A stretch of DNA of 61,205 nucleotides, counting the filler, from Collodictyon triciliatum (lineage: Eukaryota), in NCBI GenBank assembly GCA_043381765.1. It is 9 parts of 9 records of this genome, joined end to end, with 100 filler letters (N's around TTAATTAATTAA, not from the genome) between each part and the next. Parts side by side here need not be neighbours in the genome. Positions count along the whole stretch, not along the records: positions 40,887 to 47,595 come from JBHJMP010004297.1; positions 47,696 to 54,400 come from JBHJMP010004298.1; positions 54,501 to 61,205 come from JBHJMP010004299.1; 6 more parts are not named here. One strand, given 5' to 3'. The position numbers and the translations under genes were made by a program. The notes under the pieces are model-generated. The model was not told where the DNA came from. It ran no database searches and worked only from the letters and a program-made list of their open reading frames with translations. Shown here one piece after another: positions 43,741 through 59,779 of the stretch (its first letter is position 1; every line of letters starts with the position of its first letter).

Positions 43741-45145
43741 TCATTCTCGTTTATGCCTTGACAGAAAATCTTGAAAGGTCTCAGGTTCTTCGTCAGAGTC
43801 AAATTCAGCCACTCCGTCATCTGGTCTTTTCCAGCCACCATCCGTTTTCCTTGAATTTTAATTAGTATTTTTGTTTTGGCTTGTTTAAAATGGCAGTCTC
43901 AAAGAATTTTATCACTATAAATATTTTCTTATTTTATTTGATTTATGTAGCTCATACGCAACCCAACCAGACTCATGCATCCTAAAACAGTAGACAGCAT
44001 ACAGACGAGATTCATCATCAGCCTCATTTTTCTCTTTGTCTTTGGGAATGGATTTTGTTGCTGGAGTAAGGGTACTCTGTGTCTGTTAAGTTATCGAATA
44101 TAAATATAAATAGTTCATTAATATGATTTGAAATGATATGAACATACTTCACATGAACTTTTTTATATAAAAAATACAGAAAATCGAATATGTAAAATAT
44201 AAATAAATATAATAAACATCTTACATTTTCGCTCGACTCTGGGTCATATATGTATAATCCGATGGAGTTGTATATACAAACATCCCTCTTTTGTGGGGTC
44301 GCTGAATTAATTTCAGACTGCTGTGTACGGAGAGCCTCTTGAGACAACGCACTTATAATTTTTTGGTGAGACTCCTTAGTGTGCCTCAGCAGAGTTTCAG
44401 AGTCTTTCATACGAGCCAGCGATGGTGGCAGAAGCTTGTTGTGTATGGAGGCTAGGGATCCATTCATATCTTCTTTCTGCTTTTTTGAAATTCGGGGCCC
44501 ATATATCAATTGCTTTTCATCAGTTGAACCATCAAGTGATAGCGCAGCCTCAGTTCTCTTTCTGGTTTCTTGCAAAAGAGGTGACTGGACATGTTTTGAG
44601 TTATCAGCACTTTGCCATGGACTGTTTTGCCTGTTTCCTTTAGATATCTGAAAGTTTTTGTTTTTTTTTTTTTAAAAAAAAATAAGGGAATCAGGATTTT
44701 AAATTAATTCTCATCATTGAGGAAACCCATTCACAGGAGTATATTTTTTTCCCATCAAAACTACGACAATCACATATAATTCATATGTGGCAATGTGAAG
44801 GGTTTGATAGAGACGCGTAAATAGATTGGTTTATATCGCACCACATTCGATATGATTCTTTCCCTTTTTTCCTCCTTCAAGTGTTGTTGCTCCTCCTGTC
44901 GAAGAAGTTGTTCCCTCATGTGTTTTTTACCTTGCCGATGGATTGAAAAGGCTTGCAACGTATCAAAGATGGACCCATTTTTACACACAAGACAAGTGTA
45001 TTTTCCATTAGATAGTTTCCTATATTCGCCCCCTGGCAATGTCTCCGTGAATAGATTCTGGACCTATAAAATTTACTTATTATCACACAGAGACATGATG
45101 AGAAATGACAAAAGTGTGAAGTAAGAGGGGTGTGTAGCTTACCAT
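43741..45145 (-). CDS. SCNM1: Sodium channel modifier 1-like protein (minor spliceosome component); start uncertain
   Basis: N-terminal zinc finger GKYTCLVCKNGSIFDTLQAFSIHRQGKKH and acidic C-terminal motif MHESGWVA|KTDGGWKRPDDGVAEFDSDEEP, both diagnostic of SCNM1. Confidence 0.85.
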
Positions 45146-45734
45146 ACCAAATAATCAAACCAGTAGGGTCTGAATTTAATCGATTGGTGATACAACATAA
45201 ATTTGTTATGATGTTGAATGAGCCCCTTGTGTGTGTTAACTGTTGCAAATAAAAATAACCCGAAAGTGTCTAAACTTTGCATCTGCAGCCCAGCTGTCTC
45301 CCCCATAAGTGCTGTTTTAAACAATCATGTTTTTTTTATTAAAAAAAGAAAAAAGAAAAAAGAAAAAGAGTTTCCAATAGTAAAAACGAAACAAAACAAA
45401 ACAAAATTAAAACTTCTATCTTAGTGAACTTTGGTCACAATGTCTAGTTACTCGAAATTACCTCATCCTAGCAGGCTTTCTTTTCTTTTCTGAATACAGA
45501 TGTACTTTTCTCTACTTTTTTTTTATAAAAAAAAAAAGGTATTTAGTTAAGGGATAACTTCATAAAAACCAGAGGTGAGCTTGGTTCAACAACCAAGCAA
45601 ATCGGTGGCCTAAGACTAAATTTCATGCTTGTGAACTGAATGCAGCATTCAAACGAGACAAAGTTTGTTTTATAAGCGGCGCATATATATTTTGTAAAAG
45701 GAATTGTATATGGTAGAGGTAAAAGGAGGAAACA

Positions 45735-47198
45735 TCAAAGAGAGGGAGAATCAGAATTAAGGTGTGTGGTTTTCTTTTTCTTGTTTCTCTCTAGTTGAAC
45801 TTGGAGTGACGCATCGATGTCATCGAGCAAATGTCTTGATTCAGGCAATCTGAATTTCCTGGCCATCAGACAACTTGAAGAGGCTATTTGATTTGAATGC
45901 ATAGAATCCAAGAATCCAGCATGAAATGATTCCTTTGGATAAAAACCAAATACGAATGGCCTATATTTTATACAAGATGGCATATTGACTTTTCTTTTTC
46001 TTTTAACGTACGAACGGAAATATAGTTCTGCAATGGTGTCCCAAAAATGCTCTTCTGGGGCTCGTATAACCGAGAGGATATTCAACAACCGCTGAGACGC
46101 TGGAGAGGAAAGTGCAAATTTAGCCAGTTCAAGTGGGATGATACGGGATGGACCAGCACTTTTTCTAATAATGCCTTCTTTCCAAATCGAAGAAATATTC
46201 CTGGTGAAAACAGGAAGCATTTTTCTTTGAAACAGGATGTGGACGGTGTCTAGACGTCCTCTATACAAATACTCTTTGTCATTAGGATCAACACCAGTAT
46301 AAAAGTAATCACACCCCTGATTCTGTGATAGCCCCATTAATTCAGGCCAGTCACTCAGTGGCTTCAAAGGATAATCTTGGCCAGAGATGAATATGTAATG
46401 AGATGCAGATGAAAAAGATGGCCTTATCTTATTGAAAAATAATAAAAGACTCATCTGGGCACGTAAGAGGTCGACAGAGCCATATACTAAACTAGGCCCA
46501 CTCAAAACACATGCACCAAGTGATTGCAGTCGAGATATCGCTGATGCTTTGGAAACAGCAGTATTGTTCCCAGATGTAAAAACGACGATGCGTCCTGTGC
46601 GGTGTTTGTGGAATAATCCAGCCAAATCAAGTTCTTTTTTTAGACGAGATACTAGCCTGATTAACAAGCGAACCTGGTGGTGGGCAATAACAAAAAATGC
46701 AGGTTGCCAATTTTTTCTATCCCTAAGTGGCCCAAAATCATAGCCATTACTCACATCACTGAGGCTATGGGGCTGAAAGACAGTTGTCGGGGTATCCGAC
46801 ACCAGGCACGTACTTGGGGTTAGAGGGCGAAGAGGAAGACTGTTAATGGGTTTTCCTGCTTTTTCTGCGCAGTCAGCCTCTACAGCGCTTTGTGACAATA
46901 TGAGCTTTGCAATATCAGACAGTGACGAGAGCACCATTGTAGAATTTTCATCCAATCTTTCAAAATACTTGGAACTTGCCAAGCTGCACAATAACTTGTT
47001 TGACTCGCTCCACAAACGCTCAGGATTTGTTATGAGACATCCGATGCTACTTTGGATATCTACTATCCATCCAGTTGGCATGGGTCCTTGTGCATGAGTG
47101 CAGGACACCGAAAATCTGGCTGCTGTTATCTGGCGAGAGTGATCCGCACAGCAGCAAAAAAGGAGCACAAGTATAGTGCTATGTAATGATGGGTACAT
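45735..47198 (-). CDS. Core-2/I-branching (GT14) glycosyltransferase, intronless, with an N-terminal signal/anchor
   Basis: AFFVIAHH, YIFISGQDYPLKP, APEEHFWDT and LMARKF motifs in a 487-aa ORF. Confidence 0.88.
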   Translation of the reverse strand: MYPSLHSTILVLLFCCCADHSRQITAARFSVSCTHAQGPMPTGWIVDIQSSIGCLITNPERLWSESNKLLCSLASSKYFERLDENSTMVLSSLSDIAKLILSQSAVEADCAEKAGKPINSLPLRPLTPSTCLVSDTPTTVFQPHSLSDVSNGYDFGPLRDRKNWQPAFFVIAHHQVRLLIRLVSRLKKELDLAGLFHKHRTGRIVVFTSGNNTAVSKASAISRLQSLGACVLSGPSLVYGSVDLLRAQMSLLLFFNKIRPSFSSASHYIFISGQDYPLKPLSDWPELMGLSQNQGCDYFYTGVDPNDKEYLYRGRLDTVHILFQRKMLPVFTRNISSIWKEGIIRKSAGPSRIIPLELAKFALSSPASQRLLNILSVIRAPEEHFWDTIAELYFRSYVKRKRKVNMPSCIKYRPFVFGFYPKESFHAGFLDSMHSNQIASSSCLMARKFRLPESRHLLDDIDASLQVQLERNKKKKTTHLNSDSPSL

Positions 47199-47824
47199 AC
47201 AAAAAAAATAAAATAATATGGAGCAGTCTACCTCAAGGCTTTTGATCCTGACACCTTGCCTCCTTCCGTTTAATTACTTGCTCGGTGTTTGGAGGGGTTT
47301 CTAAGTTGAGTTATATTATCATACAGATTGAGATGAGCCCGTTCAAACATGGGGAGGAGGGCGAAAGAAAGAGAAGAAAGAAAAAAAATAAATAAAGAAA
47401 GAAAAGAAAAGAAAAGAAAAGAAAAGAAAAGAAAAGAAAAGAAAAGAAAAGAAAAGAAAAATAAAAGAAGAAAAAGAAAAAAAGAAAAAAGAAATAAAGA
47501 AATAAAGAAAAAAGAAAAAAAGAAAAAAAGAAAAAAGAAAAAAGAAAAAAGAAAAAAGAAAAAAGAAAAAAGAAAAAAGAAAAAAGAAAAAAGAANNNNN
47601 NNNNNNNNNNNNNNNNNNNNNNNNNNNNNNNNNNNNNNNTTAATTAATTAANNNNNNNNNNNNNNNNNNNNNNNNNNNNNNNNNNNNNNNNNNNNTTTCC
47701 CCCCCCCCCCCCTCCCCCCCCCCCCCCCCCTTTATTCGATTCAAAGTGTTTCTGACTCGCTTTATTTCGACTCAAAGTCGTGCCCCCTCTCCACACTAAT
47801 TTTGCCAACAAACAATCCCATTAG

Positions 47825-54221
<6,397 letters not shown>

Positions 54222-55464
54222 TGCTTGACTCAAACCCAAATGCACTCTTCTTTCAGCGTGTCGTTTTTTTTGGGTTTTTTTTTTGTTTCTTTCTGATCCA
54301 CAAAGCCACCAGCATGACCTGTCTCGGGCTGGTGATGATTCTCCCCATAAAACACGACCGTTTCATCACACAACCATAAACCAAAAAAGCAATGAAAAAA
54401 NNNNNNNNNNNNNNNNNNNNNNNNNNNNNNNNNNNNNNNNNNNNTTAATTAATTAANNNNNNNNNNNNNNNNNNNNNNNNNNNNNNNNNNNNNNNNNNNN
54501 CTTTCTCTCTTTCTCTCTTTCTCTCTTTCTCTCTTTCTCTCTTTCTCTCTTTCTCTCTTTCTCTCTTTCTCTCTTTCTCTCTTTCTCTCTTTCTCTCCTC
54601 TCTTTCTCTCTTTCTCTCTCCTTCTCTCCTTCTCTCCTTCTCTCCTTCTCGCTTTGTGCCCTCCGCCTTTTCTGCTGCTTTGCGTGTGTCCTTGCAAAAC
54701 AAATCAAAGTCACACCCAGCGATCGAGCAAAAGGGCTCCGTTTCCTTCGTTACAGTTGCGATATATTTCTGGAATATACCTATAATTATTTATACAGAAG
54801 AATTTGCTCGCGACAATAGACCCTGTTATAAATATAAATATTAACTGTATATATGTACGTATCTTGATACGTTTTTGCCAACAATTTTCCTAATGATTTA
54901 TCTATTCTGTTCCATACATGATATGCATCACAACACATCACGATAGGAATAGATGTGATGATCACACAACGAGAGACAAAGTTGCGGGGAATAATAATAA
55001 TAAAAAAAAAGAGGCTCCTTTGCTGAGAAACAAGCATACTGAGAGAGAAAAAAAAAAGAAGACATATTCCCCAGAAATATAATATTATTACACTGGGGTT
55101 CTTTCCTTCTCCCAACACACCACATTCTGAATCTAAAAAAAACAAAACAGAAAAAACACGCAAGCGATGGAAAAGAGGGATCCCGAGAAGGACGAGACCG
55201 CCTACCAGGAGACCAACGCCACAGCCCTGCGCCAATGAACGCCTACTGACCATACGCAAACCGAGAAGGCCGACGCAGCCAACGCAGAGAGCGGAAAGGT
55301 CACTTGACCACATCCCTGTACAACACAGGTTATGCAGAGAGACACACCGACGATCAACACGCCAGCTGCCACCAACTCGTGAGTACAACAAACTGCTAAT
55401 AAGGCGGAGCGACCTGTTTGAAACAAAAAATCGATAATAACAATAAGAATAAGAATAAGAATAA

Positions 55465-55541
<77 letters not shown>

Positions 55542-56419
55542 GGAATACAAATACCTATCGAGCTCAAGCCATCGACCCACGGGTAGCAAGATAAGTATGA
55601 ATATAATACTCAGAATCAGTTGCTCTGGTATATTTTCTTTTTCTCTTTTCTTTTTCTCTTTTCTTTTTCTCTTTTCTTTTTCTCTTTTCTTCTCTTTTTT
55701 CCTTTTCCTTTTTCCTTTTTTCCTTTCCTTTCTCTTCGGTCTCATTCAGCCTGTAAATGGATAAACTTAATTACAAAGGTTGTGACGAACTTGGTTTTAT
55801 CGCTTTCAAGGTACAACACTTTTTATACAACGAAAGTGTGCACATATATGTAGCAGTTTATTGCACAGACAACCATCGAATTAAATCTGGGGTGACAAAA
55901 GCAGGAGGTTTGACGAATCCAAGAAGCTAACCTGAATAATATAATAGTATAATTAGTATACACAATAAGGTTAAAAAATAGTTAATAATCTCATTCTATT
56001 CCTGTAATCAATTTTTATTTCATTTTCTATTTATATAATATCATTATAATTAAAAAATGACAAACAAGCCCTTGCCTTGGCCCAGACAGAACCCACCCTA
56101 TAAACTTGCCACCAAACATGCACTTCAAAAAAAGCTTACTATCCACACTTGCGGCGGTAATCATATTGTTTGGGGCCGATGTGTTGACTTTCAGTCGCAA
56201 TGTCTACACGACCGTCCTTTCGAACTCGCCGAATCGGCTCTCAGCGTTTTGTCTCAAGTCACTTCTAAAAAAACTTTGTGTGTCTGTTTGCCACAATGTG
56301 CACATTTTGAGGGTCTCGGTAGATGCTTAATTTTAACTGAATTGATTTTGTGCAGTTTTTTTTTATTTATTTATTAAATTGACTAATTGACTCAAGTTTT
56401 ATTAAAATTGAAAACTTGG

Positions 56420-58575
56420 TAGTTTTCAAAAGGAAAAAGTAAAACAAAGACTTTCAGATAAAGAAAAGAAAAGAAAACATCTTGAGTCTGATAATCTAAA
56501 GTATTAAAACCAGACTATCGAAGCCTGNNNNNNNNNNNNNNNNNNNNNNNNNNNNNNNNNNNNNNNNNNNNNNNNNNNNNNNNNNNNNNNNNNNNNNNNN
56601 NNNNNNNNNNNNNNNNNNNNNNNNNNNNNNNNNNNNNNNNNNNNNNNNNNNNNNNNNNNNNNNNNNNNNNNNNNNNNNNNNNNNNNNNNNNNNNNNNNNN
56701 NNNNNNNNNNNNNNNNNNNNNNNNNNNNNNNNNNNNNNNNNNNNNNNNNNNNNNNNNNNNNNNNNNNNNNNNNNNNNNNNNNNNNNNNNNNNNNNNNNNN
56801 NNNNNNNNNNNNNNNNNNNNNNNNNNNNNNNNNNNNNNNNNNNNNNNNNNNNNNNNNNNNNNNNNNNNNNNNNNNNNNNNNNNNNNNNNNNNNNNNNNNN
56901 NNNNNNNNNNNNNNNNNNNNNNNNNNNNNNNNNNNNNNNNNNNNNNNNNNNNNNNNNNNNNNNNNNNNNNNNNNNNNNNNNNNNNNAAGATGAGAATATT
57001 ACGGAAGCTATTAAACAGCCAGAGTTACGAAAGTTAAAAAAGCCATCTTCAAGAAACTCGAAATACCGGAACAATGTAAAGAATGGGCTACAACGCATAT
57101 GCATCGAATCATTCCCAGAGATATTGTAAATGGTATCGAATATGTCGTCAAAGTCAGTCCAAATAAGCACACTCCATGTCTTATTTACATGAATCGCATT
57201 TTTTGAGGACATTGGAACCAAACTGTTTCAATCAATCTCTATAAGGACTATCAATACACCATGTCATATCACTCTAGATACTGCATCTTTGGTAAATCTA
57301 TTACTATCAACTGGAAAACATTATTAATGAAGAATATATCAGGATGCAAGGAGACACTATGGGATAAGTTCTTTGAAATGAAGAGGGTCTGTCATCAAAG
57401 AAGCTACAATTTTAAATACATGATACAATCAGACGGCTTGGTGGTGTCATTGTTGTTTGAAAATAAAAGGTATTTCAAATTCAAAATCCAAATACAAACA
57501 AAAAAAACCCCAAGAACATGTTTCTATATATGAACTTTCCGAAGAGCTGTTATCTTTATTAGACAGAAAAAAAAATTGAGTGGACGCAGGCAAGTTTAAT
57601 TTGGTTTACATGGTGGATGAGACAGGTAAGAAATTACGTTACACGGCACACCAAAAAAGAAGACATGATAGCAAATCTCTTAAAAATCACAAAATACTCT
57701 TGCGCAAGAAAAAAGAAAAGTACAATTATTCAGGGATATGCATGGCAACAGATTTACAAAGTGCTATTTCTTTTGTTCCAGGACTTTTTAAGAGAATCAG
57801 CGGTTTGAGACACCGAGAGTATCTTTAATCGATTTAGAGACATACCTGAGTAAACATAATTCATGCACGGTCGATTATGAATAATTTCGAAAATATGTAT
57901 CTATGAAATCAAGATGCCAGATATAATTTTCCAGATTTTATGAACGAGTAACTTTTCGAAAGATGAGATGGAGACAGTATGTTATTACAAAAAGAAGTGA
58001 ACAGTTGTTTATAGACAGAATCGAAAAGGCATTTGGCAAGGATGTTGTACTGGTGTATGGAGACTGGAGCAGAAAATATCCGATGAAGCATTTTATGCTA
58101 ACAATCGGAAGAGGATTACGAAAAATACTATCCAAACGTCTTGAAACAGTTAATGTAGATGAATTCAGAACCTCCAAGATGTGTTGCAACTGCGAATAAG
58201 AACTGGAATATCTGAAACTGAAAGGAAAAACAAAAAAAGATGTATAGATGTCTCACATGTAAAGAATGTAATCACTTAGAAAGCAAACAAAGTGTATTCT
58301 TGACAAGGAACTTTAACAGCGCTAATAATATACTCAATAGCGTTCTTTTAATCCTTCAAAAAAAAATATGCGTACACCTCTCTTTAAAAAACGGGCTGTT
58401 GGGTCTTTCCTGGCAGCCTTCGTCACTACACGACCCTCTGTGAAAAAAGTAGTGAAACCTTGGATGCTAGCGCACCAAGTTTGCCAATCGAATGAACAGA
58501 TTGGTATTCTCCTTCTAGTTAAAAATATTTATTAGCCCATACGTTATTTTTTCATCACATATTCGGTTCTGCGTA
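56420..58575 (+). mobile_element. Decayed Fanzor1 element (eukaryotic TnpB-like RNA-guided RuvC nuclease) with an internal N gap; boundaries approximate
   Basis: Across frameshifts the translation gives SIKTRLSK; IEYVVKVSPNK...LIYMN..EDIGTKLFQSISIRT..PCHITLDTASL; FKYMIQSDGLVVSLLF; RuvC-I VDAGKFNLVYMVD; FRKMRWRQY; VLVYGDWS; RuvC-II VDEFRTSKMCCNC; CxxC; RuvC-III TRNFNSANNI. Several stops and indels are present. Confidence 0.88.
58390..58575 (+). ncRNA. Putative Fanzor omegaRNA scaffold
   Basis: Four consecutive hairpins immediately 3' of RuvC-III: 58394-58418, 58423-58455, 58459-58479 and 58482-58506. The position matches TnpB/Fanzor omegaRNAs. Confidence 0.6.
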
Positions 58576-58719
58576 AACTGTGAGGACTTTTTTTTTGCAG
58601 GGTTTGTGTGCGGGGAGGTTATACGGAGCGAACGCTCATCCGACGGTGCGCGGCATATGCGGCTCTCGATCGGCTGTGTCTTGCTCTAAGTTCTTTCGAT
58701 ACAAAATCCCACCGTGGAC

Positions 58720-58929
58720 ATTGTGCAAAAAAACCACACCATGAGCGGTGGAGAGAAGCTTCTAAGCATCACAGACATCCCGCAAGTCTCTCCAAACTAC
58801 CAACAGGGAGGCATCGCAAAAACCCAGTCCACAGGCCAAACCGCATAATCCAATTCCTGACCATCAACTACTTCTCTACCACTCACAGCCAAAACCTCCG
58901 CCATCTCGCACAAATTGAAATAATTGTAA

Positions 58930-58969
<40 letters not shown>

Positions 58970-58970
58970 A
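58720..58970 (+). mobile_element. Internally deleted copy of the same LINE 3' end as 34071..34870, with a (TAAA)n tail
   Basis: ACCCAGTCCACAGGCCAAACCGCATAATCCAATTCCTGACCATCAACTACTTCTCTACCAC aligns with ACCCAGGCTACAGGCCAAACCGCAGGATGCAATTCCTGATTACCGACTGCTTCTCCACCAC (~34701). KKPHHERW resembles KKSKHQRW. Confidence 0.75.
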
Positions 58971-59224
58971 AGAAGAGGAAGGGGAGGACCGCGTTGAACT
59001 ATACTTAACTTTATCACGGACTTAACTGAGGTAGTGTAACGAAGCCAGGAAGACACTCGGCCTCCACAACAGACACGTCATGTCTTATTCGTCCTGGAAG
59101 AGAGACACGAAACACTGTTTGCAGCAGGGCGAGGCGAGAAGTGGGGCGGACCAGAATGGCACAGAGAAGCAGAGGAAAGCCGGTGCGCACAAGAAGGCAG
59201 AGGGGAAGGCCACGGATGCGCCAG

Positions 59225-59779
59225 TCAAAGGGACGTCTCTGGAGGGGAAAAGTCGTTTGGGGAAGAGTCGACCCAGTGGGACTGGCGAAGGGCGTGGGCG
59301 CGCTGCTGGAAAGGAAGGCGGGCCGCGTCGGGCATTTGTTTCCAGATTTTTCCGAGTGTGCGGCTGGCTTCGTTGTTGTTGCTGAAGGGGTCTGCATGCC
59401 GCACACGGGGCCGCCATTCCATGCAGAAGAGGAGGAACGCATTCAGCGGACGCCCGCGCCGCCCTTTGCTTCGGTCTTTTGCTTCGTCCCTGGATTTGTC
59501 GGCAGACTTTTCCGAGGACTTGTCGGCGGATCTGTCGGCCGGAGTAGTCTCTGCAGGGAGCGGCGCACGGGTGCGGGGTTCTGCGTGGTCGGCCAGAAAG
59601 AAGAGTAGCGGGGGAAGAGACAAGTCGCCGTGGATGCTCTGCTGTGCGTGGAGAGAAATCCCCGAGGGTCGTGCGCCCCACTCCACGCGCGGCTCCATCG
59701 GCTCGGGTGTGGCTGAGGCTGAGACTGAGGTTGAGGCTGCTGTGTTTGAGGGGTGTCCTGTGGGTTGCTGTGTCGTCAT
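59225..59779 (-). CDS. SOX/MATA-type HMG-box transcription factor, intronless, GC-rich
   Basis: RPLNAFLLFCMEWRPRVRHADPFSNNNEASRTLGKIWKQMPDAARLPFQQRAHALRQSH matches the sequence-specific HMG-box consensus. Confidence 0.85.
   Translation of the reverse strand: MTTQQPTGHPSNTAASTSVSASATPEPMEPRVEWGARPSGISLHAQQSIHGDLSLPPLLFFLADHAEPRTRAPLPAETTPADRSADKSSEKSADKSRDEAKDRSKGRRGRPLNAFLLFCMEWRPRVRHADPFSNNNEASRTLGKIWKQMPDAARLPFQQRAHALRQSHWVDSSPNDFSPPETSL

Noticed and set aside
54786-55745. 319-aa ORF and other long ORFs over microsatellites or N runs
   Set aside because: They are open only because of simple repeats or Ns. A small membrane-protein exon may exist at ~55200-55620, but its frame and identity could not be established.
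56404-56411. AAAATTGA (mimivirus early-promoter motif) upstream of the Fanzor
   Set aside because: The 8-mer occurs repeatedly elsewhere in this AT-rich window, so it is not informative.
56292-58726. Imperfect inverted repeat CACAATGTGCAC / GTGGACATTGTG as Fanzor TIRs
   Set aside because: It is short, the right arm falls within LINE-derived sequence about 150 nt beyond the putative omegaRNA, and no TSD is seen.
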